A stretch of 64,000 nucleotides of DNA from Rhizophagus irregularis (taxonomy: Eukaryota). Of the stretch, positions 13,151-26,880 are shown in pieces (position 1 is the stretch's first letter; each line of letters opens with the position of its first letter). The translations under genes were made by a program, and so were the position numbers. Location: contig NC_089431.1 in NCBI RefSeq assembly GCF_026210795.1, positions 3,224,001 through 3,288,000 of the forward strand, in the 5' to 3' direction. Below the pieces are notes generated by a model. It ran no database searches, was not told the DNA's origin, and saw nothing but the letters and a program-made list of their open reading frames with translations.

Positions 13151-14491
13151 GATAAATCTCGCCATTTAATAATAAAAAAAAGGTATTAGAATAATTTATC
13201 AATAAAAATGGATCCCAGTTTTTAAGTTTTTAAAAACAATTAAACAAAGACAGTATTATCACACCTTCTGGATTTCTCATTTTTATAAGTATTCTAGGGA
13301 CTTAGAATGTGTGAAATCCTATTGTTTGGCATTATTACAATTATCTTTATTATTATTATAATCACTGGTTAACATATCAAAATCGGAAAAATTATACAAT
13401 TACTGTGCAGTACGCATAGCTGTATACGACATTTTTATTTATTACTCCTTACATATTTTTTTGAATGATCTCTTTTCCCAAACATCAATCCCAATTCCAT
13501 AATTTGATATATGTGGCGTAACTGCGGATTCACGCGCAGTGGGTAAATCGATAGTGTAATATTATAGGTAAATCCGTAAATGGCAAAAAAATAATTTTAT
13601 ATTACGCAATATTGAATCTTCTTAATCGTCAGACGGATACTGCACCATATAAAATGTTAGAAGAGTTCTACAGTTCAAAAGTTGCCAAGGAGTCACCATC
13701 AAGACCAGTGACGCCATCCATAGAAGGGCCTAAATTTCCTCCTTCCTTTTCACAAAATGCGAATGTTACTAATGTTAATTATGGCGGCAGTTTAGAAGAA
13801 CAAAAGCAGAGTTAGTCTGTTTTTAACATAGGATAGCGTTTTAAAATTTTAGTAAAATTTAGCATTATGAAAGCGCTGTTGAACTTGTCTATTATTTTTT
13901 TTTCATCTCTGTAAATGCTAAAATATATTCCCTGGTTATTATTCCTTGTAAAATACACACGTTTAAAAATTCGAAATAAAATCTTTATTTTTTTTTCGTA
14001 AAGTAATACATGAAAAAGAGCCTGCTGGCTAAGAAAAAATGAAAGTAAAAAATGATAGAATAGCAGGGTGTTTCAAGGGAGGAAAGGCATGAAAGGACAC
14101 GCCTGCTTGTTAAGCCTGCCCATATAGTGGCAGTTCCTTCCCCGCTACTCAGTGGTATATATCACATTAACATTAATCATAATATTCAGACATCTATTAA
14201 CCGGTTAAAAAAAAAAATAGTAGCTCCTATAACGTATATTTGGGCTTTACAAAATGTAATGTATAGTCTGTATACTGTACGACAATTCCTGACTGCCACT
14301 TAATTTGTTTCGAGGGGGTTGAATCAGGTCGGGTTAACACATTATGCACTTTAAAAAAAAAATTTTATTTCTTTATTATACTGATCTATTATAAGCTGTT
14401 AAACATAAATTCTATTTGTCTTTTTGCAATACAAATAAAACTAAGTAATTTTTAAAAATCCTGACCTAATAATGTCATGTACACATTTTTT

Positions 14492-16032
14492 TTACGATCT
14501 CTCTTTTTCTCTCCATTCTTTTCCTTTAAAATATACTAAAATTAACAAACATAGTGTAAATAAATTTACTAAAATTAATATAGAAAATGTTAAACCAGTA
14601 CCAACAGAATGATCTATTGGAGAAGCAGCTATCAACATGCTCGGAGCTACTATACATTTACAAACATTTGACAAAGCAACAATTGAAGCACTACTTTTTG
14701 GATACGAATCAATTAAATATGTTTCACATGAATTTGTTGCAATTTGCGATACAAAAGCTCCTGTTAAATAAAAAATAAACATCAAATATATAATTATCGA
14801 GAATAAAATTAATTGTTCAACTTACCAATAAACATAGCAACGACAGGATAGACAATGAATACTTCATATTCAATGAACCAGCCAAAACAAAAATAACATA
14901 ATGGTATTAAGGAAGCACCCCACCAAGCTCCATGTAATCTCAATTCGGGATAATAACTACCATCACGTTTTTTAATATTCCGTTTAAGTAGAAAGTCTGA
15001 TACTCTACCTCCAGCAAAACTACCCAAAACTAGTCCAGCACCGGGAGCCAAAAAAATTAATCCAATTTCTGATGTAGCAGCTCCATAAATTAAGTGAAAT
15101 TTAGTTGGAATTAAGATATTAACCACGTAATGAATTGATATAATCCATATCCAATATAAAATCACTAATGTAACATTTGCATGACGTAATAATAAAATTG
15201 GTGCCAATGGATTGAAAACTGATTGAGAAGAATTTGTTGTACTAGATTTATTATATGTCTCAGGTAAAAAGATAAATATCAAGAAAAGTCTTATGGTCGC
15301 GAATATAGCAATAAACCAAAATAGCGATCTCCAACTTATATATTGAGTTAGAAATCCTCCTATCGGTGGTCCGATTACTAGACCAATAAAAAATCCGAGA
15401 TAAAATACTCCAATAGCATTTCCTCTTTCGGTTGTGTTGTATATATCAGTGAGTGTTCCAACGGAAAGACATTGAACGGCTGAGACAGAAAAAGATTGGA
15501 GCATACGAAATACTATCAACCAATAAATATTATTTGCAAATGCACACCCAATACTCGTTAATATTATTAAAAATGCATTAAATAAGAACACTTTTCTTCT
15601 TGTTCCTTGTAAATCAGAATATGACGCCCAAAATAATGGCTAAAATTTAATTAAAATTTTAGATTGCGATTTTAATCTAAGTTTATAAGATAATATTATT
15701 TACCGCGATTCCGTTAACGTACAGATATGATGCTACAGCCGTGTTTACTAGAGTTTCCGTGGTATTTAAATCTTCTCGTACCATCAATATTGCCGGATTA
15801 AATGATCTGAGAGCATAAGAAAAATAATTCTACATTAGATTAAAGGAATTTGTAAATTGTATCAATTCTTATAATGTGAAATTTACAAATTTCCTATAGA
15901 ACCAATTATACCGGTAGCCGATATGAGAATTAAAACATTTCTTTTTTTCTTCGCCGACCAATTTCTTGGGCTATCATCTACGAGCGATGCTGTTGAATCT
16001 GTAAGTAATACGTAATTAATATTTTCTTTCAT
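14492..16032 (-). CDS. Major facilitator superfamily transporter (DHA1-like drug:H+ antiporter), four exons
   Basis: Exon 1 MKEN..DDSPRNWSAKKKRNVL (16032-15887); exon 2 FNPAILMVREDLNTTETLVNTAVASY; exon 3 PLFWASYSDLQGTRRKVF..LTDIYNTTERGNAIG..GPPIGGFL..SWRSLFW..PET; a final exon ends ..GKEWREKERS. Many hydrophobic helices. Confidence 0.92.
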
Positions 16033-17695
16033 AATTATTGTTAATTATTTGGTTTAAAAACTTGGTATTTTTTGCAAAAAAAGGACTATGTTTTAAATTA
16101 ATTTAGTCGCGGCCATGAACTTCAATTGTTACAAGTGAATCTTCATATCCCAATAAACATCATAAAATAAACAAATTAAAGCCTCAAAGTGGGCTGTAAT
16201 TATGTGACTAATCAAAAAAATGTCATTTTCTTAATAAATTATTTTAAGTGGCTTTACTACGATAAACAATATTCATGAATGGCGCAGGCGATAAACTTTT
16301 GTTATTTATACTAAGCCCTAAAGATACGCAATTCTTAAGATTGTTAAGTGACATTTTATTTATTTTTTTAGTTAATTTTAATCCATATGTGAATATTATT
16401 GTAAATTTATCTTTAGCTTTCTTTTTAATAATAATAAATATAGGAAAAATATAAGGAAATGTATATGTATGATGTTAAGATTTCGCATTCTGTAACAAAA
16501 AAGAAATTCTTAATATACAAACTTTTTTAAAAAATGTCTACTATGTGTATTTTCCCTACTTTGCAAGTTCACTTAAAGCAACAGTGATGGTTTTGAACAA
16601 AACTTTTTTTTCGGGAGTTTTTTCATTAAATCACGTGACGTATTTAATTCTGGCCAGAATCAAATGATCGTATACAAAATATCCTTTTTTGAAAAAAAGG
16701 CGAGATTTAAACATTACACATGGGGTGAGTAAAAATAAAAATTCTTCATTAGTATCTTCATTTTTGCATTTATTATTCTTTACTAATTTGATTCATAATG
16801 CAGATTTGTCTAAGAGAAGCTGTATAAATAGATTTGAATAATGGAATTGTTATATGAAGTTATATCATAAATAGATTTGAAATTAGTGGATTTGTTAAAA
16901 GTAATGAATCCATTATATGAGTGCTATATGCCTCCTAATATTTATACATAGAGTACTGTTAAAGAATAATAAGTGATTTGTAAATTAATGATATTAGAGT
17001 AGAATATAGTTTTTTACTTTATGTATAATTACTAATATTTACTTTAATAAATTTATAAATTTACTGCAATTAGCAAAAAAAAAAATAAAATAAAAGTTAA
17101 GTTGTTTATAAAATATATTTTTAGAAAAAATATTAATAATTTTTCTCTCAATATCAATTTTTTTTTAAGTATTTTTTATAAAATCTTTAAGCTAATGGTA
17201 ATAAGTTGCTTTACAATAATATAAATATATTTTTTAGATAAGTTAACAATAAGAAATAGAAAAAAAAATAAAAAAATAAGTAAGTATTTAGTATTATTGG
17301 TAAAAAATTTTATTATTTTATATATTTCTACTTTTAAAAAATCTATTAATTAGAATTTAATAATTAAATTCATCTTAATGAAAAAAATCTAATGATAGTA
17401 AAATTACATTTTTAGTATTAATATTATTATAAAAAATACATTTTATTAAAAGATATTTGAAATCCTATATATATAATGTATAAATAAAATATTTTATAAA
17501 ATTTACTTTAACTATTTAATTAAATAATAAATTCTGATATTCTTTTTGTTATTTTAATTTCAATTTATATTATTTCAAATCATTTTATTTTAATCTTTAA
17601 AAGTTATAATTTGTAATTTTATTTTTATGAAATATATTAGTAGTATATTGTTTACTTAAATTTAAATTTTATTGATAATAAGAATATTAATATTA

Positions 17696-18283
17696 TAGTG
17701 CGCAAAAAAAATAATTATAATAAAAATTATATGTTGAAAATCTTTAATAATTCTTGCAATATACACATTCGGCAAATAATTTTACCTGGTTACACAGTAA
17801 ACATACTATATATATATGCTGATCATTTTTTATTTACATGTTCATTTATGTTTTACCCATAGCAAAATAGCATATAGAATTTTTACGCAATATCATACAA
17901 TGATAGCCACATTATAGGAAAATGGTACCCACAATGGTACAACGCTAAAAGTTTATACTCTTTAACCTCTATCCCATTCTTTACAATATACCACTATGGT
18001 GGTAAAAAAAAAATCAATTACTGTAGATATTTTCCAGTGTATAATTCGAAAAGAGTGGGAAGGAATTGAATTGGAGATTTTTATTAATTTAATTAAAAGT
18101 ATGCCATCAAGATTAGAACAAATAATTAAGGGTAATGGCAATAAGATAAATTATTAATTATGCATAGTCAAACTTTTTCGCAATATAATAAAGCATATAT
18201 GTTTAAATTTTTATGAATTTTCAATAAATATTTATTACACAAATAGATAAAATATTATTATAATTATTTTTTTTTGCGCACTG
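17696..18283 (+). mobile_element. Internally deleted Tc1/mariner element
   Basis: TIRs (C/T)AGTGCGCAAAAAAAATAATTATAATAA at both ends, flanked by TA. Retains the Tc1 transposase C-terminus IIRKEWEGIELEIFINLIKSMPSRLEQIIKGNGNKINY* at ~18041-18157. Confidence 0.85.
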
Positions 18284-20167
18284 TATATTAGAAATTTAAA
18301 TAATATATAAATAAACTAATTGTAAAAGTTGCTTATTAGTCATAAAATTTTTAGGCTTATATTTTTAAATAACCTATTAATCAGATTTTGGGTTCATCTT
18401 AATAAGAAGAATTTAATGATAATAAAATCACATTTCTATTGTTAATATTAACTAAATTATTATAAATTAAAAATTTGACTATATATTTACTGAATTAAAT
18501 GAGAAATAGTTAAATAAGAAATATTCAGAATCCTATTATATTCTTTAATATTTTTTATTAAAGAATTAGTAGTAATACTTGTAAATATTTTAAAGTAAAA
18601 TAAATATATAGTTGACAGTTAAACAAAAAAGAAAAAAAATTTGTAAAACCTATTATTACATAAATTAAATCAATTTGATAATCAATAATTTCATCATCAT
18701 ATAATTTTATAACTATAATTTTTTTACATATAACTGCACTTATAATAATAACAATTTTTAGATATATTAAAAAACCACTAAGTAGGAATATTAAATAAGC
18801 AAATAAAATATATAATGCTATTAAAAAAAAAAAAAGTATAAGTCTTAGTATTAAGTTATTTTTTTTGCTTTTTTGAATTTTTAATAAATTTTTACAGTTA
18901 ATTTATTTTAATTACTATTATTATTAATAATAAAATATTTTTATAAATATTAACTTTTTAAGTTTACTATAAGTTATATATGAATTATTTGTATTATTTA
19001 TTTCATGGGAAGTTGGAAATAATAGGGTTTTCTTTCTGAAGGGAAAAAAGCCCTATTGTTTTCCTTCCCAGAAAATAAATGGATAATCCCCTGAAGTATA
19101 TCACTCATTAATATTAACTATTTTAACTATTTTAAACTAAAATTAATAATTTCCTGGCTATCTATATGAGACTGGAAAATAACTAAACAAAGATTCCTGG
19201 TCATTTATAAACTCAGCTAATCACTCGCAATTTTTAAAAATTAGTATGAAGGTGATCATGAGTGACACATAGTGCGACAAAAGATTAAAATTTTAATATT
19301 ATACTATATTATTTTAATTTTTTTTTCTTTTAATTAATCAGCCAATAGAATTACAATAAAAAATAAGGTAAATTTTAAATATTAAAAATTTTATAGTAAT
19401 TTTTTTTAAAAATAAATAAAATTTTTTTAAAATACAAATGAAAAAATCTATAATTTATGTAATTTTACAGATTTTTAATAATTATTATTAAAGTTAAAAA
19501 TAATTGAAATTAGAATAAACTAAAAATAAAAAAAAATGAATTTATTTTTATTCCGATTATAGCCTTTGATATTTTTACTTTTAAATTGTAAATTATTAAA
19601 AATAATATTAAATAAATTTGTAAAGCAGATAAAATTACCTATAAATTATAATTTTAAAGGTTATATAAAATTTATATATTTAAAAGTTTTATTTTTTAAA
19701 AAAATTTTTTTTTATCAAAAATTATGTCACTTTTTTTTGAAATAATTAGTAAATGATTAGGGCAATGACAGATATTACCTAATATCAGTTTATTATAAGA
19801 GTTTACCCTCCCTCCCCCAGCCGTAAAGTTGCTGGGCGAAACTAAGTAGTTTAGACAATTGTTGAAATTGAAACTAGTTGAAACATTTTATTAAAAAATT
19901 AAAAATTTGTGAAACTGCGAAACTGATGAAACTGGTAAAACTGTAAAAGGTTTAGACATATTTTTACATAGTAATTAATAAAGTTTACCATTTATTATAA
20001 TAAATTATATAATTTAATATAAATTTAATCAGTTTTGCAATTATAAAAATTATAAAATTTAATATACATTATATTAATTATTTAAATCATTATATATATT
20101 AAAATATATAGTAAGTTTAATTAATAACCAGTTTTATAATTTTACTTTTTATATATTATTATTAGTA

Positions 20168-20364
20168 CAGTCAGATCTCTATATAGTTATTTAATCAATT
20201 CTATAAAAATTGGTAACTATATAGAGGCTTTTACTATGATGTAATTATATAAAGGTTTTTTTATATAATAAGTATATAAATTGGATTTTCTCAAAGATGT
20301 GATTATAAGGAGAAATTTTATATGATGTAATTATATAAAATGTTACTATATGGAAGTCTAACTA
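20168..20364. mobile_element. Tc1/pogo-type MITE
   Basis: Imperfect TIRs CAGTCAGATCTCTATATAG / CTATATGGAAGTCTAACTA, with TA flanks. Confidence 0.5.
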
Positions 20365-20377
20365 TATTTATTAATAA

Positions 20378-23300
20378 GAGAAAATTTATTCATCGCACGT
20401 GCGATGACATCGCTACCCCCCATTTTATTTATCACGTGATAAATCCAATTAAAATATAGCACGATTATTGTGTTACAATAAATATAAACAATTTTATAGC
20501 TTCGTCGATAGTTTTTTTTTCTAACACTCTTTTTAAATAAAAAAAACAACCTGTTTTTTTGCTTAAAAACGCGTTAAAGTTGCTTCTTAACATTTAAAAA
20601 TACTTTTATGTACTCAAAAACTTTAATTGTTCAATTATCATAAAGAAATTGGGTTACACAGCTCAAGAGTGATTCGTGAAACATGGAAAACGATAACACT
20701 CCACAGGTTAGTCAATTGCGCACATTTTTTTTTTGTGAAATACTACTGAAATACTATTGAAAGTGCTTAAAAAAAATTAATTTGGGGTAAACGGCATATG
20801 GTATAGAGTTTTAATAGTGTTAATTTCTTAACAATTAACATCAATAGCATTATTTATTAGTTAGATAGCGTTAAATGTACATTATTTATTAGTTAGGTGA
20901 CGTTAAATAGCGTTAGATATATATTAATTAACGTCACAAAGCATTATATTATTGCGCATTAATTTATTGGTATTAAATAGCATTACTTTAATGTGCTTAA
21001 CAGCTAACTTATTTATTAATCTATTAAATAGCAAGAAATTGAAACTGAAGTTGAAATTCCCGTAGAAATTATTCTTGGTTCAGAATTAGAAAGTCTTGAC
21101 TCTACAAATTATCCTTCATTAACACATCCTATAGAATTATCTGTTAATTCAAAATTTAGTTCGTGGGAAATTGCTGAACATTATCTAAAGGAATATGGAA
21201 GGCAAAAGGGATTTGTAGTTAATAAATACCGAGTTGAATATATTCAATTATCAAACTCAACTGTTCAAATTCCCAGAAGAAGAACATTTGCTTGTGAATA
21301 TGCTGGAAAGTACAAACCTAACTATAAGTCTAAGCAAATTGATCAACAACGTAATAAAGGGTCAAAAAAAACTGATTGTAAATGGCGGGTTCACTTGAGT
21401 AAAACTATAAATAATAATTTCATTCATGTAACGTCTATCCATCTTGAACACAACCACAAAATACTTGCTGATAATACACAATTTGCTACAACATTCCGAA
21501 AATTTAATCAATCTATAATGAATGAAATTGAACATGCAGTTATACATGGACGTTGTGATGCATATACTATAAGAAATCTATTACAACCATTATTTCCCGA
21601 CCAGCTTTTTCTTACACAAGATCTTTCAAATGCAATTCAAAAAATTAAACGTGAAAAAAAAATAGCTAGAACGATGCTTCTCATTTGTTAAAATTTCTCC
21701 TTGAACGACAAAAAGAAGAACCTATGATGTTTGTTCAACCTTTAATAAATGCGGATAGTGATAGACTGTGTGGTATATTTTGGATAACGGAAAATCAAAT
21801 TATTTTGTGGACGCGTTATTCAGATGTTATTTTACACGATAATACCTCTAACTAATAGATATAACTGTCCATTATCTCTATTTATACTTGTTGATAATGA
21901 TGGTAAATCACGTTTAGGGAGGCACAAGCTTTTTTAAATGATGAAACTCAGGAAAGTTATGAGTGGATTTTACAACAAACGCTAAATGCAACAGGAATTG
22001 AACCAAAAGTTATAATCGCTGATATGGATCCTGCAATGGATGTGGCATGTCAAACTACGTACAAAAATGCGTATCACATACATTGCATTTGGCATATGAC
22101 CCAAAATTTACCTAAACGTCTCGAAAAATAAACTTGGTGCTGCAGATTTTAAGATATTTTTTCATGATTTTTGGAAAACTCGCAATTCACTATGTGCGAG
22201 GTTTTTGAACAACGATTTCAAGCTTTATTAAATAACTTTCCCAGTGGCAGTGATTATTTACATGACCCAATATATTCAACACGCCATTCATGGGCACGAG
22301 CATTTACAAACAGAATATTTACAGCTGGTATACAGTCAACACAGCGTGTGGAGTCAATAAATGCCATTATTCATAAAGTTGTTAATTCTAGCTCTACAAT
22401 GGCAGAAGTAGCTGAGGCATTAGATTCTCGAATGCAAAAAGAAGAAATAAACAAGAATTTTATAGCATGGAAATACAAATCAACAATATATCATCAGCCA
22501 TTTGTTGTGGAAAATTTTTTTAGTAACGTTAATAATATAGTTCAAAAATATTTTTCACCAAGAATTGTTGGGGAAATACATAAACAAATGTGCGAATCAA
22601 TAATTTACAAATGTGAAAAACTAGATATTAAAGATGCATTTGAGTTTATTGAGGATCAACTGGTGAGTAAAAAATTAAAATTATAGTAGAATGATATAAT
22701 AAATGTTTAACTAGTACTATTATGTATATATTTTTAGGATCAAAATGAAATTCCCGAAAATCAAGAAAGCCAAGGAACGTCAAATGATCAAGAAGAAACC
22801 AATAATATTGAAGATTATTACGATTTTCGCCAGACATACTTAAAATCATTGTTAAATTCAGTACCAAAAGAAATGATTAAAGAAGTATGGCGTATCATTC
22901 CATATATGGTGCCAAGTTCATATCAGCATATTATTATTCTTAACGATGGAACCCATTTATGTACATGCTTGTTATTGGTTTCATATGGAATTATTTGTCG
23001 TCATTATTTTAAATTAATGATTGAAAATCCAAACGCATTATTCCATATAATGCTAATGCCAACAAGATGGCTTCTGGATGACGCTTGGAATCACATTGAC
23101 TCTATTTTTAATGAAGCTTTTATCGGAACATCATCTAAAAATTTAAAGCCAATTCATGATGATAATATTGATCAAAGGATTTATCTTGTCCTGGCGTAAT
23201 GTCAACGTTCGAAGTAGAAATTCGTTATTATACGCGAAAAAAAGTAGATTATGGTCGAATTATGGGACATTTTAAGAAAGCACTAAACTATTCATTTGAT

Positions 23301-25120
23301 AATAACGATCAAAAAAATTTAGATGATATTATACTAGCTTACATTGCGGAAAAAGAAACTATTATGACTCAATTAGAAAGGGGAAATGTTCTTAAAGACA
23401 ATAATACAAATAATCAATTAAAGTTGTCTGATGGTCGTACATATGATGTAGATGATATTGGAAATCCATTAAAACGTCAAGGAAAAGGAGACCTGCTACT
23501 AAGCGATTAAAAGCTTGTAATGAACAAAAAAATAAGGCGAGTACGACACAAAAATCACAAAAAGAGAATGTACTATATGAAGAAAATATTGAAAATTCAA
23601 ATGGGCGTAAATGTGGTTTGTGTCGTAAAATGGGTCATTATGCTCCCAAAGTGTCCCAATAAGAAAAACGTATAATATTTTAACAATTAAATAAAGTAAT
23701 AATTTTTACTGTGTATAAATAATAATTTTTTAGTACATGTAAGCTAATTTATTAAGAGTTGAACAATATACAAATACAATTCTGAATTTCTAATATTTAA
23801 ACTAACCTATAAAGGATATAATCCCACGAAAATCCTTATCATAAAACACTATTCATACCCTTCGTTGATTTATAAAATAGTGTGTTGAATTTCATTTTGT
23901 TTATTTCTGTATAAGCAAGGCTGTACGTCTAATCTTTACATTATGTTAATATCTAAATAAAAATTGGGCATTAGTTTGCGAGTTCAGAATTTCATTGCAA
24001 ATGCACAACCACGACTAAAATATTCATACTTGTTTGTATAAATACCTCTTTCTATACTCCTCTTTCAAACACTTCGGATGCAATAAAAGGTGGCTTATCT
24101 ATTATATGTGGTCGCACAGATCTGTTGTGCATTTATTCCAAAATAAATCTCAAAAATATCAAGCGTTTCCTGATGAAAAGTTTTGCCATTATCATATAAA
24201 AGAAAAGCAAAAACTAATTCTTTAAATTGAAGTATAAAAACGTATATACTTTTAATAAAAAAAAGAATTTGTTTGATTGCTACTTGATTAAACTAATGAA
24301 TTATATAAGAAAAATGATTAAAATCCAAGTTAATTTAAGTTATTAAAATTGATGAATAAAGAGAAATTTTACCTTCTTAAGCCACTGAAAAACACATCTA
24401 GATTCTTTAAAAGCAAAATCCATTAAAGATATTTGACAGAATTGCGTATCTTAGGAAATTCTTGCTATTTAATAGATTAATAAATAAGTTAGCTGTTGAG
24501 CACAATAAAGTAATACTATTTAACACCAATAAACTAATGCGCAATAATATAATGCTTTGTGACGTTAATTAATATACATCTAACGCTATTTAACGTCACC
24601 TAACTAATAAATAATGTACATTTAACGCTATCTAACATCACCTAACTAATAAATAATGCTATTGACGTTAATTGTTAAGAAATTAACGCTATTAAAACTC
24701 CAAATTAATTTTTTTTAAGCACTTTCAATAGTATTTCAGTAGTATTTCACAAAAAAAAAATGTGCGCAATTGACTAACCTGTGGAGTGTTATCATTTTCC
24801 ATGTTTCACGGAATCGCTTGAGCCGCGTAACCCAATTTCTTTACGATAATTGAACAATTAAAGTTTTTGAACCTACTTTACTAAGACATAAAAGTATTTT
24901 TAAATGTTAAGAAGCAACTTTAACGTGCTTTTTAAGCAAAAAAACAGGTTGTTTTTTTTATTTAAAAAGAGTGTTAGAAAAAAAAACTATCGACGAAGCT
25001 ATAAAATTGTTTATATTTATTGTAACACAATAATCGTGCTATATTTTAATTGGATTTATCACGTGATAAATAAAATGGGGGGTAGCGATGTCATCGCACG
25101 TGCGATGAATAAATTTTCTC
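20378..25120 (+). mobile_element. Mutator-like element (MULE), 4743 bp, with ~660-bp TIRs and a 9-bp TSD
   Basis: TIRs at 20378-~21037 and ~24459-25120 begin GAGAAAATTTATTCATCGCACGTGCGATG. The identical TSD TATTAATAA is at 20369-20377 and 25121-25129. Contains a FAR1/MULE transposase. Confidence 0.95.
20683..23675 (+). pseudogene. FAR1/MULE transposase with several frameshifts
   Basis: Exon 1 MENDNTPQ (20683-20706), intron to 21031. FAR1-type DBD RRTFACEYAG..GSKKTDCKWRV; DDE core ILHDNT, IIADMDPAM, HIHCIWH, GIQSTQRVESIN; SWIM CTC..GIICRH; C-terminal knuckle CGLCRKMGH. Split over several ORFs. Confidence 0.9.
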
Positions 25121-25614
25121 TATTAATAATTATATATTTATTTATAAAAAATTTATTTAAATATATATATAATGTATTAATAATTATTTATTTTAAATTT
25201 TATTAATTAGAAAGTTTAGACATAGTTTAGACATTTAGCTATTGTCGAAACCTTTTGTCATAGTTTAAACTATTACTAATTAAAGTTTAGACTTTTGTCA
25301 AAAGTTAAAATGAGTTTAGCCAAGCAACCAAGCGCCAGGTGCATATATTATATATGTAATTTCCTTATATAGTATATATGTAACCTAAGATTTTTAATTA
25401 CCTCCTCTCCCCCTAGAATATTAGATAATATCTGTCACTGCCCTTAGCATGATGTTATTTTTATATATTAAATTTAGAAAATAAAAAATTATTCAATAAG
25501 AAATAAATTTTTCAAAATAAAAATATATAAAATTAAATAAACTAAAATTATAAATAATAAATAATTAATTAAAATTAAAATAAATTAAAATCAATATAAA
25601 GTAAAAGTAAATTA

Positions 25615-26040
25615 CACTGGTAAAAAAATGATCTATCCTATACATATCTTACATATATCTTATACATATCAGATATTCAAAATGTAGAAAATCTTACACA
25701 AATAATACACATATCATACACACATCAGGTATTTATATATATCATATACCTATTAGGATATATATACAGTCAACTCTTGTTATAATGAACCCTAGATTCC
25801 AGACCTTAACTTTGCTATAGGGCTATAGTAAAGATTTTAAGAGATTTGATTGGTTAATTTGTTATAGCAAAGGGAAATTTATTATAGTTGTCTAAAAAAT
25901 TCACTATATCAAGGGTTCACTATATCAAGGTTTGACTGTATAAGTACTTAATATGTGTATGATATATGTATTATTTGTGTAAGATTTTCTACATTTTGAA
26001 TATATAAGATATGTATAAGATAGATTATTTTTTTACTATT
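25615..26040. mobile_element. CACT-terminated non-autonomous element with ~110-bp TIRs (CMC/CACTA-like)
   Basis: The left arm CACTGGTAAAAAAATGATCTATCCTATACATATC..TTCAAAATGTAGAAAATCTTACACAAATAATAC is mirrored at ~25950-26040. Confidence 0.65.
25767..25938. mobile_element. Tc1/pogo-type MITE nested in the CACT element
   Basis: TIRs CAGTCAACTCTTGTTATAATGAACCC / GGGTTCACTATATCAAGGTTTGACTG, with a TA duplication. Confidence 0.8.
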
Positions 26041-26880
26041 ATTACAAAATTAAAATATAAAAAAAATACAATTAAAATAAAAAAAAGTTAAAAGAAATTC
26101 AAAAATAATTTTAAAAAAACTCAAAGAAAAATTAAAAAAAAACAACCAAAAAATTTTAATAAAAAAAATTCAAAAAAAAATTTTTTTAAAAAAAAAATCA
26201 AGAATCAAAAAATTTCCAAGAAAAAAATCCAAAAAAAAATCCAAAAAAAAACTTAAAAAATTCAAATAAAAAATATAAAAAAACTGGTTAATTATTATAA
26301 AATGTAAAGAAACTAGATTTCTGAAATTCAAAATTATTTAAGAAAAAAAAAACAGTTAATTAAAATAAATATCTGTTAGTATCTAATAAACAAATAAATA
26401 TAATATATGGTTAAAAATTTTAATTTTAATTATAAAATTAGGTTAATTTTAGCCAATTTTCCATATTTTATATAATTATGATTTGTATTTTTTAATAGTG
26501 AATTTTTTCATATTTTTATAATATACTATTCTTTATAAGATATTTATTTTTGAAATTTATATTATTATTATTAATACAATTTATAATAAATAATTACTTT
26601 GTTTAATTTAAATATTTAAACAATTTTACAACTTATGCCTTTTTTTTATAATTTAAGAATCTAATATAAACAAAATATATAATTGGTTTTTTATTTAAAT
26701 TTTTTTTTTTTATTTATTAAACAAAATCCACTTAAAATTTTACAAAATCTTTTATTTTATAATATAGCAACTTAAATTTCAATTTAAATTTCAATATATT
26801 TATTTCACATTAATATAATCATCCTATTTCATATATATAATAACCATTCAAACTTCTTTTTTCATTATATTATAAATATT

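Larger units (their letters stand above)
19824..25331. mobile_element. hAT-like MITE (GTTGCTTGGCTAAAC-type termini) interrupted by the MULE
   Basis: Left end TAAAGTTGCTGGGCGAAAC, right end GTTTAGCCAAGCAACC, with GAAACT/GTTTAGAC subterminal repeats. Same terminal type as the element at 47866-48108. Confidence 0.45.
19758..25445. mobile_element. Outer non-autonomous TIR element (hAT-like termini), split by nested insertions
   Basis: Left end TAGGGCAATGACAGATATTACCTAATAT matches the reverse complement of the right end AGGGCAGTGACAGATATTATCTAATAT (~25418-25444). TSD not resolved. Confidence 0.55.

Noticed and set aside
13612..13815. 67-aa ORF with S/P-rich content
   Set aside because: Non-ATG start, no supported exon structure and no recognisable family.
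20358..20549. 63-aa ORF and its mirror at 24904..25206
   Set aside because: Both lie in the MULE TIRs. Their identity is explained by the inverted repeat, and they run outward across the element ends.
26040..26290. A-rich low-complexity tract (AAAAAAATYC-like units)
   Set aside because: Irregular homopolymer-rich sequence with no constant telomere-like unit or coding potential.
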